From the IMG/VR virus record IMGVR_UViG_3300006868_000018, positions 1-64,000 of that record: a stretch of DNA of 64,000 nucleotides; one strand, written 5' to 3'. The position numbers and the translations under genes were made by a program. Below the pieces are notes generated by a model that was not told where the DNA came from, did no database searches, and was given only the letters and a program-made list of their open reading frames with translations. Origin of the DNA: an uncultured virus (IMG/VR IMGVR_UViG_3300006868_000018) (taxonomy: Duplodnaviria; Heunggongvirae; Uroviricota; Caudoviricetes). Positions within the stretch are counted from its first letter, which is position 1, and each line of letters begins with the position of its first letter. Shown piece after piece: positions 54,911 to 64,000 of this stretch.

Positions 54911-56280
54911 TGTTTAATACTAAGAGTACTCAACAGTGGCGTCTCGAATACGCCGTAATCACAGCGGATCGTGGTGTAAAAAAAGAAGTAACCGATTTCG
55001 TTGCAGAGATCGTGTTGTATGAAAACATCTACGTACCTTATGTTACTGGTCGAATCGCATTCGCTGACAACACGGGTATCTTTACTAAAATGAAACCTAT
55101 GGGTAGTGAGAGACTTGATCTTGTCATCAAGGCAGAAACCCCTGGCGTGGACCACCCTGTTAGTGGAGGACTTGAAGGTAAAACATTTGTTATGAAAAGA
55201 TTAGAAGATAGTGTAAAGGCGAACGCAGAAGGAACATCGTCTTTGGTCATATTTGAAATAATCGAAGAACACGCTGTTGCAAGTAATCTAAAAAAATTAT
55301 CCAGAACAATCAAAGATAATTTCGTTCTTGAGATACTTAAGTGTGGCGCTGACATGGGCGCGGCTGTGAACATTGATCGTGCCAGACCTTCTAAACAAAC
55401 GAAATGGAAAGGTTACATTCCTTATCTTAGTCCTTTAGATGCGATAAGGTGGATGATGAACAGAGCGACAAACCATAAAGAGATGCCATACTTTTTATAT
55501 TCCAACATACACGAGAGTAATATTCGACTGGCCTCTCTAGACATCCTAATGGAACAGACTCCTTTTAATGCGGCAAATCCTTATGTTTTTAGTAGTGCAA
55601 CTGTTCAAAGTCAAGAATATGAAACTGGTGGTCCTACTCTTGAGTCACTAGAGAAAAAACACTGGCACATAAATTCAATACGTGCAAAGAACATGGGAGA
55701 TCAGATGGCTCAGGTTCAGAAGGGTGCGAGTACTGGATCTAGATTGTCGGTCACCAACATCAATGGTGACAATCCGATTATCGCCAGTAGACACAACTCA
55801 ATGATGGAGAGTGTTGGTAAGATGGGACCGTTGTTTAGAGGTAATCCACAGAACATATATGATCCTGCATTTAATGTTAGGGGCGCGGGACCAATGCATG
55901 TCAATGACGCTGCTCAGTATCATACGATTGTTTCGGAGAATATTTACACACAAGAATTTAAGAGTTTCCACTATGAAGAATCTATCGATGAATATATGCC
56001 TGTTTTGACTGCAAACGCAGTGAGGGCGGCTATGCAAAAAAATACATACGAGGTTTCTATCAACGGTGCAAAGTTTCTCCAAAACAAAAAGGGTGTGGGT
56101 GATCTGGTTGAACTCAGAGTGTATGCGGATAATACTGACTTAGAAAACGCACCTGAACAAATAGATAAGATGAAGAGTGGTACGTTCTTGGTTACTGGAA
56201 TTGCACATACATTTTCAATTCCAACCCATACCATTACTATGGAAGTGACCAAGTTTTCGTATGACCCAAGTTTAGGATAA
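54910..56280 (+). CDS. Baseplate hub protein (gp27-like)
   Basis: IVLYENI...TGRI.F.D start, SGTFLVT.I.HTF end; lies between gp53 and gp5. Confidence 0.65.
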   Translation: MFNTKSTQQWRLEYAVITADRGVKKEVTDFVAEIVLYENIYVPYVTGRIAFADNTGIFTKMKPMGSERLDLVIKAETPGVDHPVSGGLEGKTFVMKRLEDSVKANAEGTSSLVIFEIIEEHAVASNLKKLSRTIKDNFVLEILKCGADMGAAVNIDRARPSKQTKWKGYIPYLSPLDAIRWMMNRATNHKEMPYFLYSNIHESNIRLASLDILMEQTPFNAANPYVFSSATVQSQEYETGGPTLESLEKKHWHINSIRAKNMGDQMAQVQKGASTGSRLSVTNINGDNPIIASRHNSMMESVGKMGPLFRGNPQNIYDPAFNVRGAGPMHVNDAAQYHTIVSENIYTQEFKSFHYEESIDEYMPVLTANAVRAAMQKNTYEVSINGAKFLQNKKGVGDLVELRVYADNTDLENAPEQIDKMKSGTFLVTGIAHTFSIPTHTITMEVTKFSYDPSLG

Positions 56281-56283
56281 CAG

Positions 56284-57135
56284 ATGAAAGAGTTACCTGT
56301 ACAGTTCTACGGAGACAATGTACGTTGGTTTATAGCCACCGTTGTTGACGCACGTCCCCCTAAAGGAGAGAAACTAGAGGGACGTGTGTGTATCAGAATT
56401 CACGGTACAATGTCTCCATCGACTGCGGACATACCACAAGGTGATTTACCTTGGGCGCAAGTATTGATCCCCACTACTGAAGGTGGTACTTCTGGACTTG
56501 GTGCAACACCAAGACTAGAGGCGGGAACCAACGTCTTCGGATTCTTCATGGACGGTAAGGCGTCACAAACACCTATAGTTCTGGGATCACTACCTCAGTA
56601 CGAGTTCGCCTCTCCAGTACAGGTCGGAAATGATCCGGGCTTCATAGAACAGGCTTTGGAGGCGGTAATAAGTTTTATTAACAAAGATTTGGTGGAAGAC
56701 GATAATACTGGTGCAATCACTCAAGAAACCAGACTCGCCAGACAATCCGAAACTATACGGTACTTAATGGATCAGGGGTACACCAGAGACCAAGCGATAG
56801 GTATGGCGGCGGCTTTGGACATAAGTTCTGGTATGGTTACTGGATATAGTGAAGACGAAACGCGATATGGAATTGGTGGTTGGAGTGCAACTGACCAAGA
56901 AAGACTTCGAAACTCTACAGAGCTCTGGGATACCTTTTCAGGTCAAATGGAATATATTGTTGAGAAGGCGAAAGAGTCGAATCTGAATAGGGCGACAACA
57001 ATTAGTAAAAATACTCAGAACAATAGTAACACAGTATTTGCAAGTTTGGAAGCTTTAAACCAGTTCCAAGAAACTAATAGAGATCTTGCACTTGACGCAG
57101 CGAATAGAATCAATGATGATATGGGTGGTGGATAA
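56284..57135 (+). CDS. gp5 N-terminal OB-fold part plus a degenerate tail-lysozyme-like domain
   Basis: WFIATVVD, GRVCIRIHG, DLPWA and VFGFFMDG...P.VLG motifs. Confidence 0.8.
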   Translation: MKELPVQFYGDNVRWFIATVVDARPPKGEKLEGRVCIRIHGTMSPSTADIPQGDLPWAQVLIPTTEGGTSGLGATPRLEAGTNVFGFFMDGKASQTPIVLGSLPQYEFASPVQVGNDPGFIEQALEAVISFINKDLVEDDNTGAITQETRLARQSETIRYLMDQGYTRDQAIGMAAALDISSGMVTGYSEDETRYGIGGWSATDQERLRNSTELWDTFSGQMEYIVEKAKESNLNRATTISKNTQNNSNTVFASLEALNQFQETNRDLALDAANRINDDMGGG

Positions 57136-59060
57136 TGTCACTAACTAAACAACAAGTCAACCAAACTCTAAATCTACAGAACCAGAGTAGTAAACGTACA
57201 CATTCAAGTAATTTGAATAAGGCGGTATCTCTGGTTCGGGACAACCAGATTACGAACAACGTAAACAAGGCCGTTGAACATGGTCCTGTGGGTACTAGTG
57301 GTATCATCTCTCTGAACTCCACGGACAATGCGGCGCAGAAGGGGAACGGTACTAACCTTGTTCAAGCGGATGATTTTGCACTTAAGTCTGGTGCAAAGAC
57401 CGCAACACAATTGCAGAATGAAACCGTGGTTCAAATGGGTGGCCACGGTGATAGTGATGGTAAAACAACCATCAGCGAAGACAACTGGAATGTACTGTCG
57501 GTAGAATTCTGGACAGACTCTTCTGACTTGTCTGCGTTGAGTGCAGAGATTAATAGTATTGGTGGTGGTATAGGTGACACTATTGCGGGACTCATGAGAT
57601 TGATTACCGCACTGGGTGCACTTGCAGACCTTGCATCAAATCTGAATGTGGGTGCGGCAACTGGTTCTGCGGCAGAAAAAGCCGGTACTATAATGAAAGA
57701 CAAAGCGACTCAGTTAGGTAACGACTTGCAAGGTGGACTGAATGGTATCGGAGATGCATTCCAAGGATTTGGAGATATCTCAAATATCCAAGAACTGGGT
57801 AATCAATTCGATACATTGGGTAATGCGATCAACAACTTTACTGGACCACTTCTGACTGCAACGGATATCATCACAAATCCTGCGGACGTATTCCTCGACA
57901 CTCTTACTGAAGAGACGGGAATTGGAAATGCGTTTAAAGAAGTTGAGGCTGGTTTCAATGATATAACAACGGGTATCAACGACACCTTAAATTCTATTGG
58001 TGATACGATAGATGCAGCGGTGGCTATTGCAGATCCTATTATGGAAACAATCGCAAAGGCGGAAAGGTTAGGTGCGACTATCAGTGCAAACGCTGGTATC
58101 CTTCAAAACCTGAACGAAATCTACAGTGCGAACTTGGGTAAGGACATTACTAAAATCACTGGTGGTGCATCTCTAAGTAGGTCAGAGACAGGTAAGATCA
58201 TGGATCAGATCAACTCTGGAAAGGAAAAGGATATTGCAAATGCAGTCAAGACGATTGTAGGAAAGAACACTAACTTGCATCCCGATATGATACCGATTGT
58301 TAACGCAACCGTTTCTTTCAATAACACGTCTCAACTACAGGATAACATCGTTGATCGCGCAAAGTTGGCGGGTGTTGATCCTGCGATAATTGCAGACTTT
58401 GAAGAAATCTTTGTCAACATCGAAGACAACGTTTCAATCTTTGACACCACAATGCAAGGAAACTTGTTTGTGTCTCAGAACGATTTCTTTTCTAAGAACA
58501 AGAATCTCAAAGACTATGGTTCACAGTATGAATCAGATGTCAATGTAGATGGAACGCCTAAATTTCTTACGTGTGATTCCTATGAGGAACTCGCACAAGA
58601 GGTTATGGTTACAGACCGTGATATAACCAAAATTGTTATCCACGGTAGTAACACTTACCTCAACCAGTACCTAACTTCTAGAGACATTCATCAAAGGATG
58701 ATAGACAGAGGGTATGATGGTATGCAATACCACTATGTGATCAGGAGAGACGGTACTCTGGAAAGAGGTATACCCTCTAACAAAGTGACTGCGGTCACTG
58801 ATCCAACCATTGCGAATAATTCCATCGATATCATTATGGTTGGTGGTATTAATGCGGCAACCGGAACTGAGAATCCGGACAGATATAAAGGTATCGGATC
58901 TTACACTAGACAACAGTTTAACACCCTAGAGTCTTTGTTGGTAAACTGGTATAGAAGGTATCCAGGCGTAGAGGTAGTAGGTCATCAAGACATTGACACT
59001 GCCTCTTCTGATCCTGCGTTCGATATTAAAGGATATGTAAAAGATAGGTTTGATGTATAA
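57135..59060 (+). CDS. Baseplate protein with C-terminal N-acetylmuramoyl-L-alanine amidase domain
   Basis: IVIHGS, YHYVIRRDGTLERG, VGG, VVGHQD and DPAFD (Amidase_2/T7-lysozyme-like). Confidence 0.8.
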   Translation: MSLTKQQVNQTLNLQNQSSKRTHSSNLNKAVSLVRDNQITNNVNKAVEHGPVGTSGIISLNSTDNAAQKGNGTNLVQADDFALKSGAKTATQLQNETVVQMGGHGDSDGKTTISEDNWNVLSVEFWTDSSDLSALSAEINSIGGGIGDTIAGLMRLITALGALADLASNLNVGAATGSAAEKAGTIMKDKATQLGNDLQGGLNGIGDAFQGFGDISNIQELGNQFDTLGNAINNFTGPLLTATDIITNPADVFLDTLTEETGIGNAFKEVEAGFNDITTGINDTLNSIGDTIDAAVAIADPIMETIAKAERLGATISANAGILQNLNEIYSANLGKDITKITGGASLSRSETGKIMDQINSGKEKDIANAVKTIVGKNTNLHPDMIPIVNATVSFNNTSQLQDNIVDRAKLAGVDPAIIADFEEIFVNIEDNVSIFDTTMQGNLFVSQNDFFSKNKNLKDYGSQYESDVNVDGTPKFLTCDSYEELAQEVMVTDRDITKIVIHGSNTYLNQYLTSRDIHQRMIDRGYDGMQYHYVIRRDGTLERGIPSNKVTAVTDPTIANNSIDIIMVGGINAATGTENPDRYKGIGSYTRQQFNTLESLLVNWYRRYPGVEVVGHQDIDTASSDPAFDIKGYVKDRFDV

Positions 59061-60589
59061 TGGCAGATGATAATATTACAATAGAGACAGCGGCAGAAGA
59101 AGCGACTCAACAGGTTCCCCTTTATGGGTTCCAAGATCCTTCCGGTGAGTTTCCCCGTAAACAATACTGGGGAGAAAGTTCTATCAACAAGGCGGCGAGA
59201 GGTGATTTTATTAATGACCTCATGGTCACGGGTTCCTTTCCACAAGTTGATCTCGAACTAAAACCAACCAGACCCTCAGAGTATCCCTACAATCAGGTTA
59301 AGGAAACTTACTCTGGTCACGTCATCGAATATGATGACACGGCGGGGGGTGAGAGAATCTTGATTAAACACCGCACGGGTGCGGGTATAGAGATTCGTCC
59401 GGACGGGACAATCTACATTTCTTCTGTAAACAAGAAATTGGAAACCGTTGGTGGTGACATGCGTATCATCGTAGAAGGTGATACAAAGATGGCGTACAAG
59501 GGTAATGTCGATATGTACGTCGAAGGTAACTACAATGTTGACATTGGTGGTAACTACAATATCCGAACCAAGGGTCACAAGAACGAGAAGGTGTTCAAGA
59601 ACTATCGTGACCAGACTTCCGGTAACCGTGAGTCTACGACTAAAAAATTCCAGACTAACTTGACCGTTGGTGGAAGAATCGATACCACACTTGGTGCACA
59701 CCAGATCAATGCAAAACAAGGATTTAGTGCCGCAACAGAAGGGACAATGCAATTGACTTCTGATGGTACTATTATGTTATCTGGTAAGAAAGAAGTCGCT
59801 GCATCATCTAGGGTTGTTAACATGACGGGTATGCACTGTTCGGTGATTGGTGTAACTGGTTCGTTTGGTGGTACACTAGTTGACTTCGTAGGAAAAACCT
59901 ATATGGGTCCAGCGGGTCCGGTCCCCTATGCATCTGGTGCCGCATTCTATGGTGGTTTCTTGGGTTGTTCGTTGAGTGCGGTTGCGTCGAAGACTTCTAT
60001 CACTTCTGGGACTGCAATCTCTGCGTCCTCACTTGGTGGTTCTGCTCCTACTATTCCAGATTTCACTGCTCCGCCTTTACCGACACCCCCATCTATTCCA
60101 ACTATTCCTAGTGCATTGGTTGCGACTAGTTTGTTGGGTGGACCTTATGGTATCAAGACAGTATCTATTGATGCGGGTGATGATCTCAAAAATAAGATCC
60201 TCAAAAATGATGGATACGGTGGTGTCTTTCATGGTGGTGAAGAAGAAGCCTCCACACAGAATTTAAGATCCGCAATGCGAGATGTCAATAATAGAGACGC
60301 ACTACAGTTACAGGCAATGGCGGATGGACTGATCAATGAAGAATCTGTCTTCTCCATTCCCGAAGCGATTGGTCGTTCTACAGGCGCGGATCCCACATCC
60401 ATCATGGGTATGATACCTTTGGGTAATACAGAAGAACATTTGGGACAACAGGTTACTCTTGGTCTTGATCCACAAACAAGAGAGGACATCCGTAACGCAG
60501 AGGCGCAAAGACTTGCATTCCTCGACAGAGAAGGTATTGAAGATCCTCTCAGGGCATCCACGTTACCCACCACGGAGGATTCTGCATGA
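59060..60589 (+). CDS. gp5 C-terminal beta-helix spike part
   Basis: EYPYNQVKETYSGHVIEYDDT.GGERI...HRTG; V.G repeats. Confidence 0.85.
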   Translation: MADDNITIETAAEEATQQVPLYGFQDPSGEFPRKQYWGESSINKAARGDFINDLMVTGSFPQVDLELKPTRPSEYPYNQVKETYSGHVIEYDDTAGGERILIKHRTGAGIEIRPDGTIYISSVNKKLETVGGDMRIIVEGDTKMAYKGNVDMYVEGNYNVDIGGNYNIRTKGHKNEKVFKNYRDQTSGNRESTTKKFQTNLTVGGRIDTTLGAHQINAKQGFSAATEGTMQLTSDGTIMLSGKKEVAASSRVVNMTGMHCSVIGVTGSFGGTLVDFVGKTYMGPAGPVPYASGAAFYGGFLGCSLSAVASKTSITSGTAISASSLGGSAPTIPDFTAPPLPTPPSIPTIPSALVATSLLGGPYGIKTVSIDAGDDLKNKILKNDGYGGVFHGGEEEASTQNLRSAMRDVNNRDALQLQAMADGLINEESVFSIPEAIGRSTGADPTSIMGMIPLGNTEEHLGQQVTLGLDPQTREDIRNAEAQRLAFLDREGIEDPLRASTLPTTEDSA

Positions 60590-61182
60590 TCTATAGACCA
60601 AACCCAAAGTACGATCCAAGAAAAACTCAAGGTAGGTTCATAACTTCACAGTTACCTCTTGCAGCCGGTATCAATATTGCAACGTTTCTGGGACACGGTG
60701 CGTCTGGTATTGGTCACCTTGGTACTGCGGAGAAGAGATCACAACTTGCAAGAAACCTGTATCTACAGGCGCAGATGATCAATGCAGTAAACATGGACAC
60801 CAAACTATTCAGAACTATTCGAGTTGCGGTTTCTGAGGGTGTCTACGAACCAGGCCCAAATGAAGTCTGTAAGGGAGATAACGCCCTGAAAGAAGATGGG
60901 AGAATGATTGTATATCAGGTGTATGGTGGAAACGGAAAGATCGATCATGCGGCAACATATGACGTTGCAAAGTTCTGGAAGGATCACATGAAGTTCAACA
61001 GGTTGGTTCTGGATTATGATATCTTTAATCCTGATGGATCACTTACCTCTCAAATCCTGATAGAGATGCCCAACGTGCCTAAGAACTTTGATGTCACATA
61101 CACGAACGTGGTTCAGACTCAGTACAACGGATACTTATTTTCTAACAAAGAACTTGTTGAGGTTCTTGAGAAAAAGGTATAA
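60586..61182 (+). CDS. Baseplate-associated hypothetical protein
   Basis: 198 aa ORF coupled between gp5 and gp25. Confidence 0.65.
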   Translation: MIYRPNPKYDPRKTQGRFITSQLPLAAGINIATFLGHGASGIGHLGTAEKRSQLARNLYLQAQMINAVNMDTKLFRTIRVAVSEGVYEPGPNEVCKGDNALKEDGRMIVYQVYGGNGKIDHAATYDVAKFWKDHMKFNRLVLDYDIFNPDGSLTSQILIEMPNVPKNFDVTYTNVVQTQYNGYLFSNKELVEVLEKKV

Positions 61183-61185
61183 ATA
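61178..61185 (+). promoter_or_regulatory. T4-type late promoter TATAAATA
   Basis: Exact consensus upstream of gp25. Confidence 0.8.
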
Positions 61186-61212
61186 AAGATATTATAACAC
61201 ACGAGAGTCAAC

Positions 61213-61668
61213 ATGGCAATTAAAAGAGCGCTTGCCACCGAAGATTTTGGTCTGGACACAGTAAGTCTTGCGACTACAAGAAACCGCAAGTATATTGATC
61301 TAGATATTGCATTCAAGGCAAAACCAGTATCCGGTGACATTTACAAGAAGACTGAGGCGGCTGCGGTGAAACAGGCCGTCAAGAACCTCATGTTGACTAA
61401 TTATAGGGAAAGACCCTTTAAACCGTATTTTGGTACGAACATAACATCGTACCTGTTTGAACTTACCGAAAAAGAAATAGAAAAGAAACTGGCTAGGAAC
61501 ATTCGTAATGCGATCAAGGCATACGAACCTAGAGTCAACAGTAGAACTCTAAAGATCGTGGTAAACGTTCAACCGGATTATAACTCAATAGACGTAACAC
61601 TTGTTTTTAATGTGATTAACTCGTCGGAAGAAGTTACGTTAACTACGTCGATAAACAGGTTAAGGTAA
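61213..61668 (+). CDS. gp25: Baseplate wedge gp25
   Basis: YIDLD, AVKQAVKNLMLT..RERPF.P.FG and YEPRV motifs. Confidence 0.92.
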   Translation: MAIKRALATEDFGLDTVSLATTRNRKYIDLDIAFKAKPVSGDIYKKTEAAAVKQAVKNLMLTNYRERPFKPYFGTNITSYLFELTEKEIEKKLARNIRNAIKAYEPRVNSRTLKIVVNVQPDYNSIDVTLVFNVINSSEEVTLTTSINRLR

Positions 61669-61669
61669 G

Positions 61670-63499
61670 ATGACTACAACAATTAAATCCTCTGCACTAG
61701 ACTTCAACAACATCAAGAACAACCTGAAGAATTACTTGATTGAACGAGGAGAGTTTGCAGATTATAATTTCGAGACATCCGCACTCTCCAACCTGTTGGA
61801 CGTTCTTGCGTACAACACTCACCTGAATGGTCTTACCGCCAACTTTGCATTAAACGAGTCATTCCTCTCTACTGCACAACTTCGTAGTTCTCTGGTATCT
61901 CTTGCAGAGGGTATTGGATATATTCCTGATTCTAAGACATCCGCTGAGGCGAGGATTCGAATGGCGTTGAACTTGTCTTCAATCGAAGACAGACAAGACT
62001 CTATCAGTCTCGCGTCTGGGTTTGAATTTACTTCGGTCATTGACTCAACGATATACAGATTTCAGACTCAAGAGACTATTATTGCAACGGATGATGGAGC
62101 GGGATATTACAGATTCGCCACCTTAGATGGTAACGTCAACATTCCTATCTACGAGGGGACGCAACAGACTCGTACCTTTATCGCGGGTGAAAATGATGAG
62201 TACGCTCTCTACATAATTCCTGATCCCAATATGGACATCAACACCGCTGTCGTAAAAGTCTACGAGAGTCCTACGTCATCAAACTTTGTGACATACACTA
62301 ATATTCTTAAGGCGACAACGATCAGTGAACAGTCAACCCTTTATATCCTGAAAGAGACACCCAACGGATACTTCGAACTATCGTTCGGTAACGGTACTAC
62401 TCTGGGGCAAACACCTGAGGCGGGATATAAGATTGTGGTGGACTATCTGTCTTGTAACGGAGTTAACGGTAATGATGGTGTTATCTTCCAACCCCAAACA
62501 CAAATCAAGATTAACAACACCACTTACAGAACACCTTCGGTAACAACCAGAAGTAAATCGGTTGGTGGTGCGGAGAAGGAGTCCTTGGAGTCCATTCGTA
62601 AGAATGCGCCTTACCAGTACGCCGCACAAAACAGGATGGTAACTCACGTTGACTATTCTTCTCTTGTACTGCGGAACTTTTCAAACCTAATCTATGACAT
62701 CAAGGCGTGGGGTGGAGAAGACAACACCGAACCAGAATTTGGAACTGTGTTCATGTCAATCAAGTTTAACGCTGATGTTCCTGCGGATCGTATTGAAATC
62801 ACAAAGACTGCGGTTGAGGATCTGTCGAATCAACTGGGTGTCGCTTCTTTTGATATTAAGTTTACTGATCCTATCATCACTTATGTAGAACCGGAAGTGT
62901 TCTTCCAGTTTAACCCAAGACTGACCACACTGTCAATTAACACGATTCAGGACAGGGTACGTAAAGTCATTAACAACTACTTTACCGGAGCGGTGGGTAA
63001 ATTTGAAACCTCTTTCCGTAGATCAAACATGTTAGCGTTGATCGATGAAGTCAGTCCTGCGGTACTATCATCTCGTGCAAACATTAGAATGCAACAGAGA
63101 CTTACTCCTGCACTGACTCAGGAGAAAGATTACACATTTACTTTCCCTGTTCCGATTGCGGATCCTGATGACGTACAGTATCGTATCACTTCTGGTTCTT
63201 TCAACTTTAGAAACCAGACGTGTCAGTTAAGAAACAAACTGTCAAGTAACAAGTTACAGGTTGTTAACCTTGCCACCAATAAAATTGTTGTTGACAACGT
63301 TGGAACATATAATGCAACGCTAGGTATTGTCAACATTATTGGACTACAGGTTGACTCTCTTGTGGGTGGTGGGACAACAATAAAGATTGCGGTAGTTCCT
63401 GCAAACCAGAGTGCGATCACTCCACTCAGAGAATACATTTTGGAACAAGACGTTGATCGTACTACCGCTAAGGGTGTACTAGTAACTGCGACTAATTAA
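61670..63499 (+). CDS. gp6: Baseplate wedge gp6
   Basis: LDFNNIK, DYNFE.S.LS.LLDVLAYNT, NESFL.TAQLRSS and QNRMVT..DY motifs. Confidence 0.93.
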   Translation: MTTTIKSSALDFNNIKNNLKNYLIERGEFADYNFETSALSNLLDVLAYNTHLNGLTANFALNESFLSTAQLRSSLVSLAEGIGYIPDSKTSAEARIRMALNLSSIEDRQDSISLASGFEFTSVIDSTIYRFQTQETIIATDDGAGYYRFATLDGNVNIPIYEGTQQTRTFIAGENDEYALYIIPDPNMDINTAVVKVYESPTSSNFVTYTNILKATTISEQSTLYILKETPNGYFELSFGNGTTLGQTPEAGYKIVVDYLSCNGVNGNDGVIFQPQTQIKINNTTYRTPSVTTRSKSVGGAEKESLESIRKNAPYQYAAQNRMVTHVDYSSLVLRNFSNLIYDIKAWGGEDNTEPEFGTVFMSIKFNADVPADRIEITKTAVEDLSNQLGVASFDIKFTDPIITYVEPEVFFQFNPRLTTLSINTIQDRVRKVINNYFTGAVGKFETSFRRSNMLALIDEVSPAVLSSRANIRMQQRLTPALTQEKDYTFTFPVPIADPDDVQYRITSGSFNFRNQTCQLRNKLSSNKLQVVNLATNKIVVDNVGTYNATLGIVNIIGLQVDSLVGGGTTIKIAVVPANQSAITPLREYILEQDVDRTTAKGVLVTATN

Positions 63500-63508
63500 G
63501 GTATTTAG

Positions 63509-64000
63509 ATGGCGCACCTACGTGACAGAACTCTATTAGATATAGGAAGACGTAATCTTAACGTACAAGACTACTATATCGAAGAGGTCATACCGGATTG
63601 GATTGTCCAAGATTATCCCAATCTGGTAAACTTCATAAAAGAGTATTATTCGTTTGAGGAAGATGACCTATCTCCCTCACATATCATCAAGCAGTTATTC
63701 TTTGCACGTGATATTACGCAAACTGAATTGGAACTATTGTCGTTCATTGAGGACGAACTTCTTCTTGGTCAAGCGTACTTCGAAGGGTTCCCTGATAAAA
63801 GAGAGGCCGCAAAATACTCGAATACACTTTATCGTTCGAAGGGTACGAAGTTCACGATACAACAGTTCTTCCGTACATTCTTTCAGATTGACCCCGATGT
63901 CATCTACGGTAAAGAACAAGTTTTCTTTGTTGGTGAAGATCACATTGGTCCAGAGTCTCAGAGGTACTTAACCAACGACAAACTATATCAGATGTTCGCC
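63509..64000 (+). CDS. Baseplate wedge gp7-like, 3'-truncated by the window edge
   Basis: Open frame from ATG 63509 to the end (MAHLRDRT...IPDWIVQDYPNLVNFIKEYY...LYRSKGT); absent from the ORF track because it has no stop. Confidence 0.8.
   Translation, partial: MAHLRDRTLLDIGRRNLNVQDYYIEEVIPDWIVQDYPNLVNFIKEYYSFEEDDLSPSHIIKQLFFARDITQTELELLSFIEDELLLGQAYFEGFPDKREAAKYSNTLYRSKGTKFTIQQFFRTFFQIDPDVIYGKEQVFFVGEDHIGPESQRYLTNDKLYQMFA

Noticed and set aside
476..63971. Numerous antisense and off-frame ORFs of 60-230 aa in the track (e.g. 3166, 4840, 16620, 45701, 63654)
   Set aside because: They are shadows of well-supported genes and have no recognisable motifs or RBS.
1..64000. tRNA, rRNA, CRISPR array or alternative genetic code
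   Set aside because: No cloverleaf or repeat-spacer pattern seen in the short intergenic gaps; genes read intact in the standard code and end in all three stop codons.

Overview
The window is a gene-dense 64 kb segment of a large T4-like myovirus genome, probably an aquatic or marine phage of a heterotrophic Gram-negative host. That host call is an inference from a proteobacterial-type IscU, a spanin pair and the absence of photosynthesis genes here. From left to right: (1) 1-9.6 kb, late genes, many starting with T4 capsid-targeting-like N-termini, including a ligase-fold KxDG protein and an HxGH nucleotidyltransferase; (2) 9.7-15.2 kb, nrdA with a fused glutaredoxin, iscU, nrdB, a GIY-YIG nuclease and an orphan adenylation-type enzyme; (3) 15.2-19.3 kb, small early genes, phoH and an M15A peptidase; (4) 19.4-37.3 kb, an ~18 kb glycan/small-molecule tailoring cluster (GT8/GT9/GT25-like glycosyltransferases, carbamoyltransferase, radical SAM, cupins, ferritin-like di-iron protein, gamma-glutamyl amidohydrolase, sulfotransferase-like proteins, methyltransferases), followed by the spanins; (5) 39.5-45 kb, a second early-gene island behind repeated sigma70-type promoters; (6) gp33, a 2OG-Fe(II) oxygenase, gp32 and an APS-kinase-like/HxGH pair; (7) 47.5-64 kb, tail and baseplate genes (gp29-like tape measure, gp26, tube-like protein, gp2, gp4, gp48, gp53, hub, split gp5, gp25, gp6, partial gp7). 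The best candidates for new biology are: the di-iron/amidohydrolase/cupin/sulfotransferase/methyltransferase cassette, a possible virion-packaged kinase/ligase/nucleotidyltransferase set, and a U_UUU_UUA -1 frameshift site joining gp26 to a downstream frame with no early start codon, upstream of the tape measure. All family calls come from motif recognition by eye; no searches were run. No tRNA, rRNA or CRISPR array was recognised.
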